Below are positions 1-9,062 of a stretch of 64,000 nt of DNA, one piece after another. Position numbers and translations under genes: made by a program. Position 1 is the first letter of the stretch. Every line of letters starts with the position of its first letter. Below the pieces are notes generated by a model. That model was given only the letters and a program-made list of their open reading frames with translations, was not told where the DNA came from and did no database searches. Origin of the DNA: an uncultured Rickettsiales bacterium (GTDB lineage: Bacteria; Margulisbacteria; Marinamargulisbacteria; GCA-2716485; CAZIFG01); contig CAZIFG010000005.1 in the NCBI GenBank assembly GCA_964539135.1, forward strand, positions 2,335 through 66,334, written 5' to 3'.

Positions 1-296
1 ATCCTTCCTACCTTTTTAAATTTGATAAATTGGACCTTCAGGTTCAGTTTGAATCCAAAGAGTCTAGTCTTCATATTCAAATTGCAAGCAAAAATGCGGA
101 TTTATTAAAAGAGCTGGAAGACAATCGAAAAGAACTCATGATCGCGCTTCAAAAAGAATTTAAAGAAGACATTGAGCTTGTGATTGTATCTGAAATAGAG
201 CAGCCACATGCCTCAGGAAACGAAACCAATTCTCAAAATCAAGAAAATAAAAAGTCGCAAAAAGAGGAGTCTGCCGATGATGAAGAATCAAATTAG
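1..296 (+). CDS. 3' end of a FliK-like (hook-length control) protein, partial at window edge
   Basis: The frame of ORF 30..296 stays open back to nt 3. The pattern LDLQVQFESKESSLHIQIASKNADLLKELEDNRKELMIALQKEF resembles the FliK/SctP C-terminal domain. It lies directly upstream of the fliM-fliN-fliOPQR genes. Confidence 0.4.
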   Translation, partial: PSYLFKFDKLDLQVQFESKESSLHIQIASKNADLLKELEDNRKELMIALQKEFKEDIELVIVSEIEQPHASGNETNSQNQENKKSQKEESADDEESN

Positions 297-873
297 CGCT
301 ATTTTAGCGGTGGTTTTTTTGAGTTCTTCATCAGCCTTCGCGATATCCCCATCTGAAACTATATTTTCGTATTTACAGCGAAAATACATGGCTGTACCGG
401 TTCAGGTATGGAACAAGGCGGATACAAGTTACAGGACAGAGACTGTTGTGGAAATTAATGCCGGAACAAAACGATATTCCGTAACACTAGAAGACGGCAC
501 TCGGGCGAAAATAGAATTTGGGGCGAGCTCGGATATTCAATACACTCAAAGACGCTGCATGAGTACGCCAAGTGCGCGTAGCCTAGAAATGAAGCCACTG
601 GAAGTCGCACAAATTGTAAATAATGCCATTAAAACAATTGGGATTACAGATGGAAGTGCGGCAGGAACTTCGGGGCAAATTAATCTAGACGCCTATTCCA
701 AAAGTCAAAGCAGTGAAGAAAGTAGCTTTACGAAAGGTGAGGATATTATATATACTGACACCAGATATAAGCAGGAACGAAGTGGGAAGATATTTGTCAT
801 AGAGACCAATAGGTCAACAAATCTTATTTTAGATAATTGTGCGCCAATCACAATAAAATTTAGGGAATTATGA
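277..873 (+). CDS. secreted/periplasmic hypothetical protein in the position usually held by fliL
   Basis: ORF track gives 208..873. A better start is ATGATG at 277, preceded by AAGAGGAG (262-269). The N-terminus MMKNQISAILAVVFLSSSSAFA looks like a cleavable signal peptide. Its stop overlaps the fliM start (ATGA at 870-873). Confidence 0.55.
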   Translation: MMKNQISAILAVVFLSSSSAFAISPSETIFSYLQRKYMAVPVQVWNKADTSYRTETVVEINAGTKRYSVTLEDGTRAKIEFGASSDIQYTQRRCMSTPSARSLEMKPLEVAQIVNNAIKTIGITDGSAAGTSGQINLDAYSKSQSSEESSFTKGEDIIYTDTRYKQERSGKIFVIETNRSTNLILDNCAPITIKFREL

Positions 874-2264
874 AAACAAAAGAATTAAAAAAAGGGTTTT
901 CTAAGACATTAAAACTCCCCCCTGCATTAGGGGATTGGACAAAGTTGAATTGGACACAGGACAATGAAGATATTCTCTATGTATCAAAAATAGATTCCGC
1001 CAGTTTTGATAGTTTAAGTAAAGCGGAATTGGAAAAGCTTCATACCCTTCACTATCTTTTAGCCGAAAAAATAATCGCAGATCTTTCAGCCTGCATGGAT
1101 ATGAAGATAGAATTATATTCCGTGTCCGCAGAGCAATTAAGTTATGAACAATTTTGCCAAAATCAAAGAGGGAAACGGGTTCAGGTTGACTATTTCATCA
1201 AAAATAAAGGGCATATTGACTTAACTTTAGATTGGAAATTGGCGGCCCAAATGGTAAATCGTTTAACTGGCGGAAAGGGCCTAGAGGAGGACAAAGGGGC
1301 TTTTTCAGAGCTGGAGTGCACCATCTTAGAAACCCAACTCGAATCCTTGATGGGACTTTTACAAGAGAGCTGGAAAACCGTGTTTTCAATGGAAGAAATT
1401 TCATTGGCTTTTAATTGCGGCGAATTTAGGCCCAATAAAAAAATAGCCAGTAGAGATGGGCATTTAAGTTTTGAATTTGTACTGAGTTTTGGGAATAGAG
1501 ATATCAAAAGCATTCGATTGGGATATCCCAATAGCTTAGTCCGGAATTTCTTAAAAGAAATCAATAAGATGCCCAAATCCAGTGAACAAACAGTGAGTTT
1601 GAAAAAGAATACACTCAAAAAGTCCTTTGTAGAAGTATCCGCAAGCCTTGGAAGTGCGCAGTTAACCATGTCCGAACTCCGAAATCTTCAACAGGGGGAT
1701 GTAATTCCTTTAGAAGCAGAATTAAATAGCCCTTTGGAGTTAAAAATAAGCAATGATATTGTTTTTCTAGCGCAGCCTGGGATTAACAATGATCGCCTAT
1801 CACTTCAAATTTTAAAGCAGAATTCCAAAGAAGTGACAGCACCTTCTCTTGTAAAAATTCCTGAGCCCTTACCAGCTTCAGAAGATCATCAACTCTCAAC
1901 GCAACTGGTAGAGGACTATGGATTTGAGGAAGAGGATACCAATGTAAAAGACGACCCCTTTCAGCCGCTGAGTGAAACCTCTAAATTTGAGGAAGAAGAT
2001 CACGAAGATGCTGAAAATGAATTAGAATTAGATGCAAGCGAAGCAGAAACGCATGCAGAACATACAGAGGACATAGAAGAGGATGATGAGAGTAGTGAGT
2101 GGGACGATGAAGAACTAGAATTTGGAGAGTCTGAATCTGAAAGATTATCTCAACCTACCCCTGTAGCCAACACAGGCTCTGCTGATTCAGCAGATGAAGA
2201 CGATATCGAGTTTAATGAAGATGAGTTTGATTGGGACGAGATAGATGAGAAGCTAGATTCCTAG
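870..2264 (+). CDS. fliM: flagellar motor switch protein FliM with a long acidic C-terminal extension
   Basis: The middle-domain motif NRLTGGKG...FSELECTILE is present. A SpoA-type C-terminal domain is present (VEVSASLGSAQLTMSELRNLQQGDVIPLE...). About 135 extra D/E-rich residues follow it. Confidence 0.8.
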   Translation: MKTKELKKGFSKTLKLPPALGDWTKLNWTQDNEDILYVSKIDSASFDSLSKAELEKLHTLHYLLAEKIIADLSACMDMKIELYSVSAEQLSYEQFCQNQRGKRVQVDYFIKNKGHIDLTLDWKLAAQMVNRLTGGKGLEEDKGAFSELECTILETQLESLMGLLQESWKTVFSMEEISLAFNCGEFRPNKKIASRDGHLSFEFVLSFGNRDIKSIRLGYPNSLVRNFLKEINKMPKSSEQTVSLKKNTLKKSFVEVSASLGSAQLTMSELRNLQQGDVIPLEAELNSPLELKISNDIVFLAQPGINNDRLSLQILKQNSKEVTAPSLVKIPEPLPASEDHQLSTQLVEDYGFEEEDTNVKDDPFQPLSETSKFEEEDHEDAENELELDASEAETHAEHTEDIEEDDESSEWDDEELEFGESESERLSQPTPVANTGSADSADEDDIEFNEDEFDWDEIDEKLDS

Positions 2265-2274
2265 TCCCAGAGAT

Positions 2275-3015
2275 ATGAGAAAAATAAGCATTATCAATTA
2301 CAAAGGGGGAACCGGAAAGACATGTACAGTGGTTAACATTGCGCATGGCTTGACCTTAAGGGGCAAAAAGGTATTGCTGATTGATACAGATCCTCAAGGC
2401 TCCGTAGCCTATCATTTAGGCTTAAAACCCAAATACACGCTTTATGATATTTTAGTAAATAAGGAAAGTGTAGAAAATTGCATCATAAGAGCGAGACCCA
2501 ATTTAGATGTTATTTGTTCCAATGAACATCTTTATGTGGCTGAAATGAGTTTAGCAAAGTATCAAGGTCGAGAAACAATTTTAAGCGAAAAATTAGCAAA
2601 TATTCAGAACTACGACTTTATTCTTTTAGACTGTGCCCCCTCGATGAATTTATTGAATCAAAATGCCTTATTATACACAACGGAGATATTTTTACCGGTA
2701 TCTATGGAGTACTTATCCCTCATAGGGGTAAAACAGCTATTGAAGAATATTAAAATCATTAATAAACTATTTAACAGGAGAATCAGAATTACAAAAGTCA
2801 TTCCAACTTTCTACGATTCGAGGTACCATAAGTCAAAAGACATTTTAAACAGTCTAAATCGGGTGTTCCCCAATTTAGTATCGTCGCCCATTAGAGTGAG
2901 CGTTGCTTTATCAGAGGCACCAGGAAACAAGAAAAGCGTATTCGAATATGATGCAAGTTCAATGGGTGCAGAAGATTATTACAGGTTAATAGAGGAGGTC
3001 CTAGCGTATGAATAA
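2275..3015 (+). CDS. ParA/Soj-family P-loop ATPase embedded between fliM and fliN
   Basis: Deviant Walker A KGGTGKT and the LLIDTDPQGS motif are present. LLDCAPSMNLL and a C-terminal EAPGNKKSVFEYD segment are typical of ParA/Soj rather than MinD/FlhG. The gene overlaps the fliN start by 8 nt. Confidence 0.85.
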   Translation: MRKISIINYKGGTGKTCTVVNIAHGLTLRGKKVLLIDTDPQGSVAYHLGLKPKYTLYDILVNKESVENCIIRARPNLDVICSNEHLYVAEMSLAKYQGRETILSEKLANIQNYDFILLDCAPSMNLLNQNALLYTTEIFLPVSMEYLSLIGVKQLLKNIKIINKLFNRRIRITKVIPTFYDSRYHKSKDILNSLNRVFPNLVSSPIRVSVALSEAPGNKKSVFEYDASSMGAEDYYRLIEEVLAYE

Positions 3016-3511
3016 ACAAAATGATTTTAATGACCCATTAGAAGATATCGATCCCATTATGGAACAAGCCTTTTCTGTATCCAACGCAGAGGATGATTTC
3101 AATCTTTCAGGGAACTCCAGAAGAAATGCGCCAAGACAGTCCGAATATGAAGGGGGATTTCAACCCGCGAGAAAAGAACATCAGAGATCTAGAATTGCAC
3201 GTTCAGAGGCGGCGCCTGTATCAGAAATTGCGTTCCCCAGACTCAGAAGTAGCGTAGGAACTCCTATTGCCTCAAATATGTTCAATAATATTCCCATTAA
3301 TGTTTCTGTAGAATTAGGCCGTGCTAAAATTTCATTAAAAGAAGTCTTTGAATTAACAGAAGGGGCTATTGTAGAACTGGAAAGATTTGTAGGCGAACCT
3401 TTGGATTTAGTGGTAAATGGACAAACCATTGCCCATGGCGAGGTAGTTGCTGTAGATAATCATTATGGTTTTAGAGTAACAAGCATCATTGCATCTGTAT
3501 CTGAACGCTAA
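3008..3511 (+). CDS. fliN: flagellar motor switch protein FliN
   Basis: Canonical SpoA/FliN C-terminus: IPINVSVELGRAKISLKEVFELTEGAIVELERFVGEPLDLVVNGQTIAHGEVV. Confidence 0.85.
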   Translation: MNKQNDFNDPLEDIDPIMEQAFSVSNAEDDFNLSGNSRRNAPRQSEYEGGFQPARKEHQRSRIARSEAAPVSEIAFPRLRSSVGTPIASNMFNNIPINVSVELGRAKISLKEVFELTEGAIVELERFVGEPLDLVVNGQTIAHGEVVAVDNHYGFRVTSIIASVSER

Positions 3512-3519
3512 GACAGCAT

Positions 3520-3780
3520 ATGGTAGCGTCATATAACAGTCAAATGTTACTAACGCTTTCAGGCGTAGCGATTATTCTCTATCTTGCATTGAAATATTCT
3601 AAAAAAGCAGTAGAGGGTAAATTTTCAGGGGAGATCAAGGTTATAGATAGAAAGGTCGTCGATAATGGCGCCACCCTTGTCATGGTCAAGGTGAGAAAAA
3701 AAGAATATCTACTGGGAATGAGTGCAAAAGGAATTTATGTATTAGATACATTGGAAGAGTCTCATGTTTCAAACACTTAA
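3520..3780 (+). CDS. fliO: flagellar biosynthesis protein FliO-like
   Basis: 86 aa with a single N-terminal TM helix and then an IKVIDRKVV...LVMVKV..KEYLLG pattern. It lies immediately upstream of fliP and overlaps it. Confidence 0.55.
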   Translation: MVASYNSQMLLTLSGVAIILYLALKYSKKAVEGKFSGEIKVIDRKVVDNGATLVMVKVRKKEYLLGMSAKGIYVLDTLEESHVSNT

Positions 3781-4525
3781 AAAAACGCTAACCATTTTGG
3801 TATTGACAGTGGTGATATGGGCAGGGCCATCTGCTCTTTTTGCCCAAGTGCCAGATAATTTTATGATTGATGCAGGGTCTTTTGTGAGTAAAGAGGGATT
3901 TAGTTCCTCAATTAATTTGCTTTTAGCCATGGCTACAATCAGTTTAATCCCCTTTATTTTGATTTCAACAACGGCATTTTTAAGAATTATTATTGTACTG
4001 AGTATGTTAAGACAAGCCTTGGCGACACAGCAATCGCCTCCCAATATGGTGCTTATTTCTTTGGCAACCTTTCTGACTATTTTTGTCATGACTCCAACGT
4101 TTCAGGCAGTAAATGAAAATGCCATACAACCGTATAAACAGGGCAAAATAACACAAATGGAAGCCTTTGATTTAGGCGTAAAACCGTTTAAGGTGTTTAT
4201 GGTAAAATTCATTCGCGAGAAAGATTTAGCGTTATTTTTAGAGTTTTCAAAAGTACCCTTTTCAACCAATCTAGAAGAGATTCCCATTTATGTTTTAATT
4301 CCGTCTTATATTTTATCGGAGTTAAGAGCGGCCTTTCAAATTGGATTTTTATTATTTATTCCCTTTTTGGTGATCGATTTGATTATTTCCAATATTTTAT
4401 TGTCTTTAGGGATGTTCATGTTATCGCCGGCGATCATTTCCTTGCCCTTTAAAATTTTACTATTTGTATTAACAGACGGGTGGAATCTCATTGTGAGAGG
4501 GCTTTTAATTAGCATACAAAAATGA
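3764..4525 (+). CDS. fliP: flagellar export gate protein FliP
   Basis: Contains TAFLRIIIVLSMLRQALATQQSPPNMVLISLATFLTIFVMTP, the hallmark FliP/SctR motif. Confidence 0.9.
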   Translation: MFQTLKKTLTILVLTVVIWAGPSALFAQVPDNFMIDAGSFVSKEGFSSSINLLLAMATISLIPFILISTTAFLRIIIVLSMLRQALATQQSPPNMVLISLATFLTIFVMTPTFQAVNENAIQPYKQGKITQMEAFDLGVKPFKVFMVKFIREKDLALFLEFSKVPFSTNLEEIPIYVLIPSYILSELRAAFQIGFLLFIPFLVIDLIISNILLSLGMFMLSPAIISLPFKILLFVLTDGWNLIVRGLLISIQK

Positions 4526-4791
4526 ACCTAGACTCAGTTACAGAAATTTTAAATAATGCCATTCAAGTCACGATTTTAACGTCGCTACCCACGGTAGGGG
4601 TAGGGCTTTTAGTGGGGCTTGTCATTGCGGTGATTCAAGCTGTGACCCAAATTCAAGAGCAAACCCTTACATTTGTACCTAAAATGGTCATAGTATTGTG
4701 GGTTTTAGCGGCAACATTTCCCTGGATGTTTCGAGTGCTCATGGAATTAACGGTCAATTTATGGGCTAATATTCCGCTCTATTCTCAGTAA
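4522..4791 (+). CDS. fliQ: flagellar export gate protein FliQ
   Basis: 89 aa with two TM helices and the QIQEQTLTFVPK motif. ATGA overlap with fliP. Confidence 0.85.
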   Translation: MNLDSVTEILNNAIQVTILTSLPTVGVGLLVGLVIAVIQAVTQIQEQTLTFVPKMVIVLWVLAATFPWMFRVLMELTVNLWANIPLYSQ

Positions 4792-5570
4792 TGATCATCA
4801 CGCTCCACCAAGTGATTATATTCCTACTGATCGTGGCACGATTTGCAGGTATGATGATAGGCGCACCTTTTTTTAATACCAAAATCCAATCATTGGGGTC
4901 CGCAAAAGTAGCCCTTGTATTATGGTCAGCGGGCCTGCTGATTTTTATTGTGCCGACAGCCCCCATTTTACCTACCACATTGTTTGAGTTTGGAATTGCG
5001 ATATTTACGGAGGTATTTATAGGGTGGATTATTACAACAGCGGGAGAGGTTATTTTCAGCGCGATGGAGCTGGCAGGCGCATTAATGGATACACAAGCAG
5101 GCTTGAGCGTCGCATCCTTATTAGATCCCATGTCTGGGACCAATCAGGCAATTTTCGGACGGCTCTTGCGATGGATTGCCATTATTGTATTTTTACAAAT
5201 GGACGGGCATCATTTAATTATCGCCATTATTCATAAGAGTTTTACAGTGATACCTGTGGGATCTTCGATTCATTACGATACAGCGTCTCAATTTGTGGTA
5301 ACGTTGGGTACCAAAGTATTTGATATTGGAACAAAAATTGCAGCGCCTATTATTTTAGTGATTTTCATTGTCGATTTTGCGTTTGGTTTACTCAATCGAG
5401 TATCGGAGCAAATTAACGTGTTTCAGTTGGGCTTTCAAATTAAACCTTTGGTGGCCTTAATTGTATTTTTAGCCATTACGCCTGTTATGACCAATACCAT
5501 TACAATGGTATTGGGGGAAATGGCGAAAAGCATGTTGTTGGTATTGGGCTACTTAGCAGGAGGCGTGTAA
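4791..5570 (+). CDS. fliR: flagellar export gate protein FliR
   Basis: 259-aa polytopic membrane protein in the conserved fliQ-fliR-flhB order. Carries a GAPFF...ELAGALMDTQAGLS FliR-like motif. Confidence 0.85.
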   Translation: MIITLHQVIIFLLIVARFAGMMIGAPFFNTKIQSLGSAKVALVLWSAGLLIFIVPTAPILPTTLFEFGIAIFTEVFIGWIITTAGEVIFSAMELAGALMDTQAGLSVASLLDPMSGTNQAIFGRLLRWIAIIVFLQMDGHHLIIAIIHKSFTVIPVGSSIHYDTASQFVVTLGTKVFDIGTKIAAPIILVIFIVDFAFGLLNRVSEQINVFQLGFQIKPLVALIVFLAITPVMTNTITMVLGEMAKSMLLVLGYLAGGV

Positions 5571-6641
5571 ATGGGCGAAGATTCAGGGGAAAAAACCGAA
5601 GAACCCACCCCGCATAAGTTACGCGAGGCACGTAAAAAAGGGCAAATTGCAAAAAGTAAAGACTTAACCAGTGCGGTCATGTTAATTGTGGCATTCAATG
5701 TTTTGAAATCCACGGCACCTGATATGTGGGAAAAGATGGTGGATATCAATTTAATGGCCCTGGGCCAAATTGGGGAAGAGTTTACAGTTTCAACGGTGGG
5801 CTATATCTTGCAAGAGGCCTTATCCACTTTTTTATTGGCATTGGCGCCCTTATTTGGAGCAAATGTGGCAGTAGCCATCATTATGGAAACGCTACAGACG
5901 GGATTTTTACTCTCAATGGGGCCCTTAGAACCGCAGCTCAACAAGTTGAATCCCTTGGAAGGGGTGAAAAAATATTTTTCCTTAAAGCAATATATTGAAC
6001 TGGTAAAATCCATTATTAAAATGACGGTGGTGATTCTCATTTTATGGGGGGCTTTAAAGGAACAATTTAAATTTGTACTCATTTCACAACAAATTTCATT
6101 GATGCAGTTAATGGCAATCGCCGGTGAAATTGTGATGACGACAGTAACACGTGTAGCTTTATTTTTCTTTGCCATTGCCATTTTTGATTATTTTTATCAA
6201 CGGTATGAGTATATGAAAGGTCTAAAAATGACCAAAAAAGAAATTAAAGATGAATACAAGCGTTTAGAGGGAGACCCTATGGTCAAGCAGCGTCAAAAAG
6301 AAGCGCAGCGCAACATGTCGCAAGGGCGACAAATGGGCGCGGTGCCAGAGTCAGATGTTGTGGTCACAAATCCCATTCATATTGCCATTGCCATTCAATA
6401 TACGCCCAATAAGATGAAAGCGCCAAAGGTGGTCGCCAAAGGGATGCGACTGGTGGCCAGTGAGATTAAGCGAATTGCAGAACTTCATTTTATTCCCATT
6501 GTAGAGAATCCGCCTCTAGCACGAAGTTTATATAAGACCACAGAGGCTGGAAGTGATGTGCCTCCGCCTTTTTATAAGGCAGTAGCGGAAATTCTGGCCT
6601 TTGTTTACAATTTGAAGAAACGAAAAAAACACCGGTATTAG
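5571..6641 (+). CDS. flhB: flagellar export switch protein FlhB
   Basis: N-terminus GEKTEEPTPHKLREARKKGQIAKSKDL. The autocleavage region reads VVVTNPIHIAIAIQY. The C-terminal NKMKAPKVVAKG...PPLARSLYKTTEAGSDVPPPFYKAVAEILAFVY closely follows flagellar FlhB. Confidence 0.9.
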   Translation: MGEDSGEKTEEPTPHKLREARKKGQIAKSKDLTSAVMLIVAFNVLKSTAPDMWEKMVDINLMALGQIGEEFTVSTVGYILQEALSTFLLALAPLFGANVAVAIIMETLQTGFLLSMGPLEPQLNKLNPLEGVKKYFSLKQYIELVKSIIKMTVVILILWGALKEQFKFVLISQQISLMQLMAIAGEIVMTTVTRVALFFFAIAIFDYFYQRYEYMKGLKMTKKEIKDEYKRLEGDPMVKQRQKEAQRNMSQGRQMGAVPESDVVVTNPIHIAIAIQYTPNKMKAPKVVAKGMRLVASEIKRIAELHFIPIVENPPLARSLYKTTEAGSDVPPPFYKAVAEILAFVYNLKKRKKHRY

Positions 6642-6693
6642 GGAGATAATAAAGCGCTCGAATAGAACGAGCACCTAAGGTATAATATAAAGC

Positions 6694-8769
6694 ATGTTTG
6701 GGATAAATAATTTTAAAGGCCTTTTTTCTGTCGCGGACATCACACTAGCATTTGTGACCATTCTGATTGTGGGCATTATGATCATGCCCATCACAACATG
6801 GATGCTAGACCTTCTCATGGTATTAAATATTGCAATTTCTTTAATGGTTTTGCTGATCGCGATGTACTTATCAGAGCCTTTAGATTTTGCAGCGTTTCCC
6901 TCCTTATTGCTCATTACAACGCTCTTTAGATTGTCACTCAACGTGGCCTCCGCAAAATTAATTTTATCAATGGGCGCTGATTTTGATGGTCATATGGTAG
7001 AGGCTTTTGCGGAGTTTGTAACCCGTGGAAATTTTGTCGTAGGGGTTGTGGCCTTTTGTATCATTACCTTGGTTCAGTTTATGGTAGTTACAAAAGGGTC
7101 TGAAAGGGTTTCAGAAGTTGCGGCAAGGTTTACCTTAGATGCTTTGCCTGGAAAACAAATGAGTATTGATGCCGATTTAAATGCGGGGTTAATTGATGCA
7201 GATCAAGCCAAGGTTCGGCGTAAAAAACTGGAGCGAGAATCCAATTTTTTTGGATCTATGGATGGTGCGAATAAATTTGTAAAAGGGGATGCCATCGCGG
7301 GGATTATCATTGTAATTATCAATATTGTGGGTGGGATTTTAATTGGAAAATTCCAACAAGGGATGGAAATTGGAGATGCCTTAACCACCTTTGCGCGGTT
7401 TACAGTAGGGGATGGTCTCGTGGCTCAAATTCCGGCCTTGCTTATTGCCATTGCAACGGGTTTGGTTGTAACCAAGTCGGCCTCCGAGGAAAGTTTAGGA
7501 ATAGATGTCAAACGTCAAATTTTCAGTCAGCCGAAGGCCTTTGTAATGACGGGGGTTATTTTGGCTTTCATAGGGATAGTGCCTGGATTACCCATGGTTC
7601 CGTTTATGACGATGGCAGCGGTAGTCGCAACATCGGGGCTCTTAATTATGAGAGCACAGCAAGAGTCCAATGAATTGGCGGTAGAAAGTAACCAAGAATC
7701 GGCCAAAGATTCCATGAAAAAGCCAGAAAATTTATTAGGCACCTTATCTTTAGACCCTATTAGTGTCAGAACCGGCCGAAATTTAGTACCTTATATTGAT
7801 CCGAATAACAATGGCCCTTTATTAGAGAGAATTACCTTGGTTCGATATCATATCGGGCAGGAATTGGGTTTTGTTATTCCAGGTGTTCGTGTTATGGATG
7901 ACTTGAGCTTACCCCCGAATCAGTACGAAATAGAAATTAGAGGCACCCGAGTTGCCATTGGAGAGGGCTTGCCTGGGCATTATTTTGTACAAAGAACGGT
8001 ATCGGAGCTTAAACGAAAAGGCATTCAAGGGCTAGAGGCAATAGACCCAATCAGTCAACAACCAGGAGCATGGGTATCTGAAGATCAACTGCAACGATTG
8101 CAAGAAAATGTGATTAATGCCCAATCTGTGACAGATTTTATTGCGGATCATTTCTCAGAATCAATCAAGTATCACGCAGACGAAATTATGACCCGTCAAA
8201 ATGTACAGTCTCTATTGGAATTGGTCAAAAACACAAACGCAGCGATTGTCAGAGAATTGGTTCCAGACATGTTGTCCTTGGGCCAAGTGCATAAAGTCTT
8301 GCAGTCCTTAGTAAAGGAACGCGTATCAGTTCGAGATTTATCCACTATTTTAGAAAAGCTAGCCGATTATGCCCACGTGTCCCGAGATACAAATCTATTA
8401 GCAGAGTATGTGCGACAATCATTGGCGCGGCAAATTTGCAGACATTATATGGACGATGATGATACCATCACGGTCTTTACAATAGATCCAAGATTAGAGG
8501 AAACCATGATTAACTCGGTGCATCAATCTGAATATGGTTCATTTTTAGCCTTAGATCCTCAGGTAGGCGAAAAGGTGTTAGGTCAAGTCGGTGAATTTAT
8601 GGGGAATTTTAGAAAAATGGATAAGCCGTCGGTGGCTCTATGTTCGCCAAGGTTGAGAGTGCATTTGAAAAAATTCACAGAAAGAAACTATCCAAGCTTG
8701 TCAGTTTTGTCCTATAATGAAATCATTCCACAAACAAAAGTACAATCTATAGGGGTTATTAATTTATAA
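6694..8769 (+). CDS. flhA: flagellar export apparatus protein FlhA
   Basis: Contains TKGSERVSEVAARFTLDALPGKQMSIDADLNAGLI, GSMDGANKFVKGDAIAGIII and GDGLVAQIPALLIA. 691 aa with a large cytoplasmic C-terminal domain. Confidence 0.95.
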   Translation: MFGINNFKGLFSVADITLAFVTILIVGIMIMPITTWMLDLLMVLNIAISLMVLLIAMYLSEPLDFAAFPSLLLITTLFRLSLNVASAKLILSMGADFDGHMVEAFAEFVTRGNFVVGVVAFCIITLVQFMVVTKGSERVSEVAARFTLDALPGKQMSIDADLNAGLIDADQAKVRRKKLERESNFFGSMDGANKFVKGDAIAGIIIVIINIVGGILIGKFQQGMEIGDALTTFARFTVGDGLVAQIPALLIAIATGLVVTKSASEESLGIDVKRQIFSQPKAFVMTGVILAFIGIVPGLPMVPFMTMAAVVATSGLLIMRAQQESNELAVESNQESAKDSMKKPENLLGTLSLDPISVRTGRNLVPYIDPNNNGPLLERITLVRYHIGQELGFVIPGVRVMDDLSLPPNQYEIEIRGTRVAIGEGLPGHYFVQRTVSELKRKGIQGLEAIDPISQQPGAWVSEDQLQRLQENVINAQSVTDFIADHFSESIKYHADEIMTRQNVQSLLELVKNTNAAIVRELVPDMLSLGQVHKVLQSLVKERVSVRDLSTILEKLADYAHVSRDTNLLAEYVRQSLARQICRHYMDDDDTITVFTIDPRLEETMINSVHQSEYGSFLALDPQVGEKVLGQVGEFMGNFRKMDKPSVALCSPRLRVHLKKFTERNYPSLSVLSYNEIIPQTKVQSIGVINL

Positions 8770-8786
8770 ATTGAGGCTCGATTAGC

Positions 8787-9062
8787 ATGAAAAATAATGA
8801 ATTTTACCTAAATAAGGTAACGCAGACAGATTATCGAGGGGGAATCAATAAAAAGAAACACATGAAAAAAGAAAGCAATCTCATTGAAAACGAGATTGAG
8901 CCCATAACAGACCCCTTATCAGACATAGAGAAAGATGAATTAAAAGAAAAAATAACAGAGGGTCTTGAGATTATACTTAAAAATATTTTGCCTGAAACAG
9001 AGCATGACGCTATTTTGAAGGGGCCTTTGGTCTCAGAATTGCATCAAAAGTTAGGGCTTTAA
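8787..9062 (+). CDS. hypothetical acidic protein between flhA and the sigma factor gene
   Basis: ORF only; no motif recognised. Its stop abuts the next start (TAAATG). Confidence 0.35.
   Translation: MKNNEFYLNKVTQTDYRGGINKKKHMKKESNLIENEIEPITDPLSDIEKDELKEKITEGLEIILKNILPETEHDAILKGPLVSELHQKLGL

Noticed and set aside
1190-1669. 159-aa ORF antisense to fliM. Similar antisense ORFs lie in fliN, fliP, fliR, flhB, flhA, gap, pgk, lysC, murA, gyrB and gyrA.
   Set aside because: They overlap genes with clear conserved motifs on the other strand, so they are typical shadow ORFs.
870-8769. Possibility that the fliM to flhA genes encode a non-flagellar injectisome (SctQRSTUV). The FlhA segment KGSERV...QMSIDADL...KFVKGDAIAG and the FlhB HIAI segment resemble SctV/SctU.
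   Set aside because: The FlhB C-terminus (KMKAPKVVAKG...PPLARSLY...YKAVAEILAFVY) follows flagellar FlhB closely. Firmicute-type FlhA shares the same motifs. A FliO-like gene, a FliA-like sigma factor and a FlgE/G-family gene are present, and no secretin, needle or translocon genes are seen.
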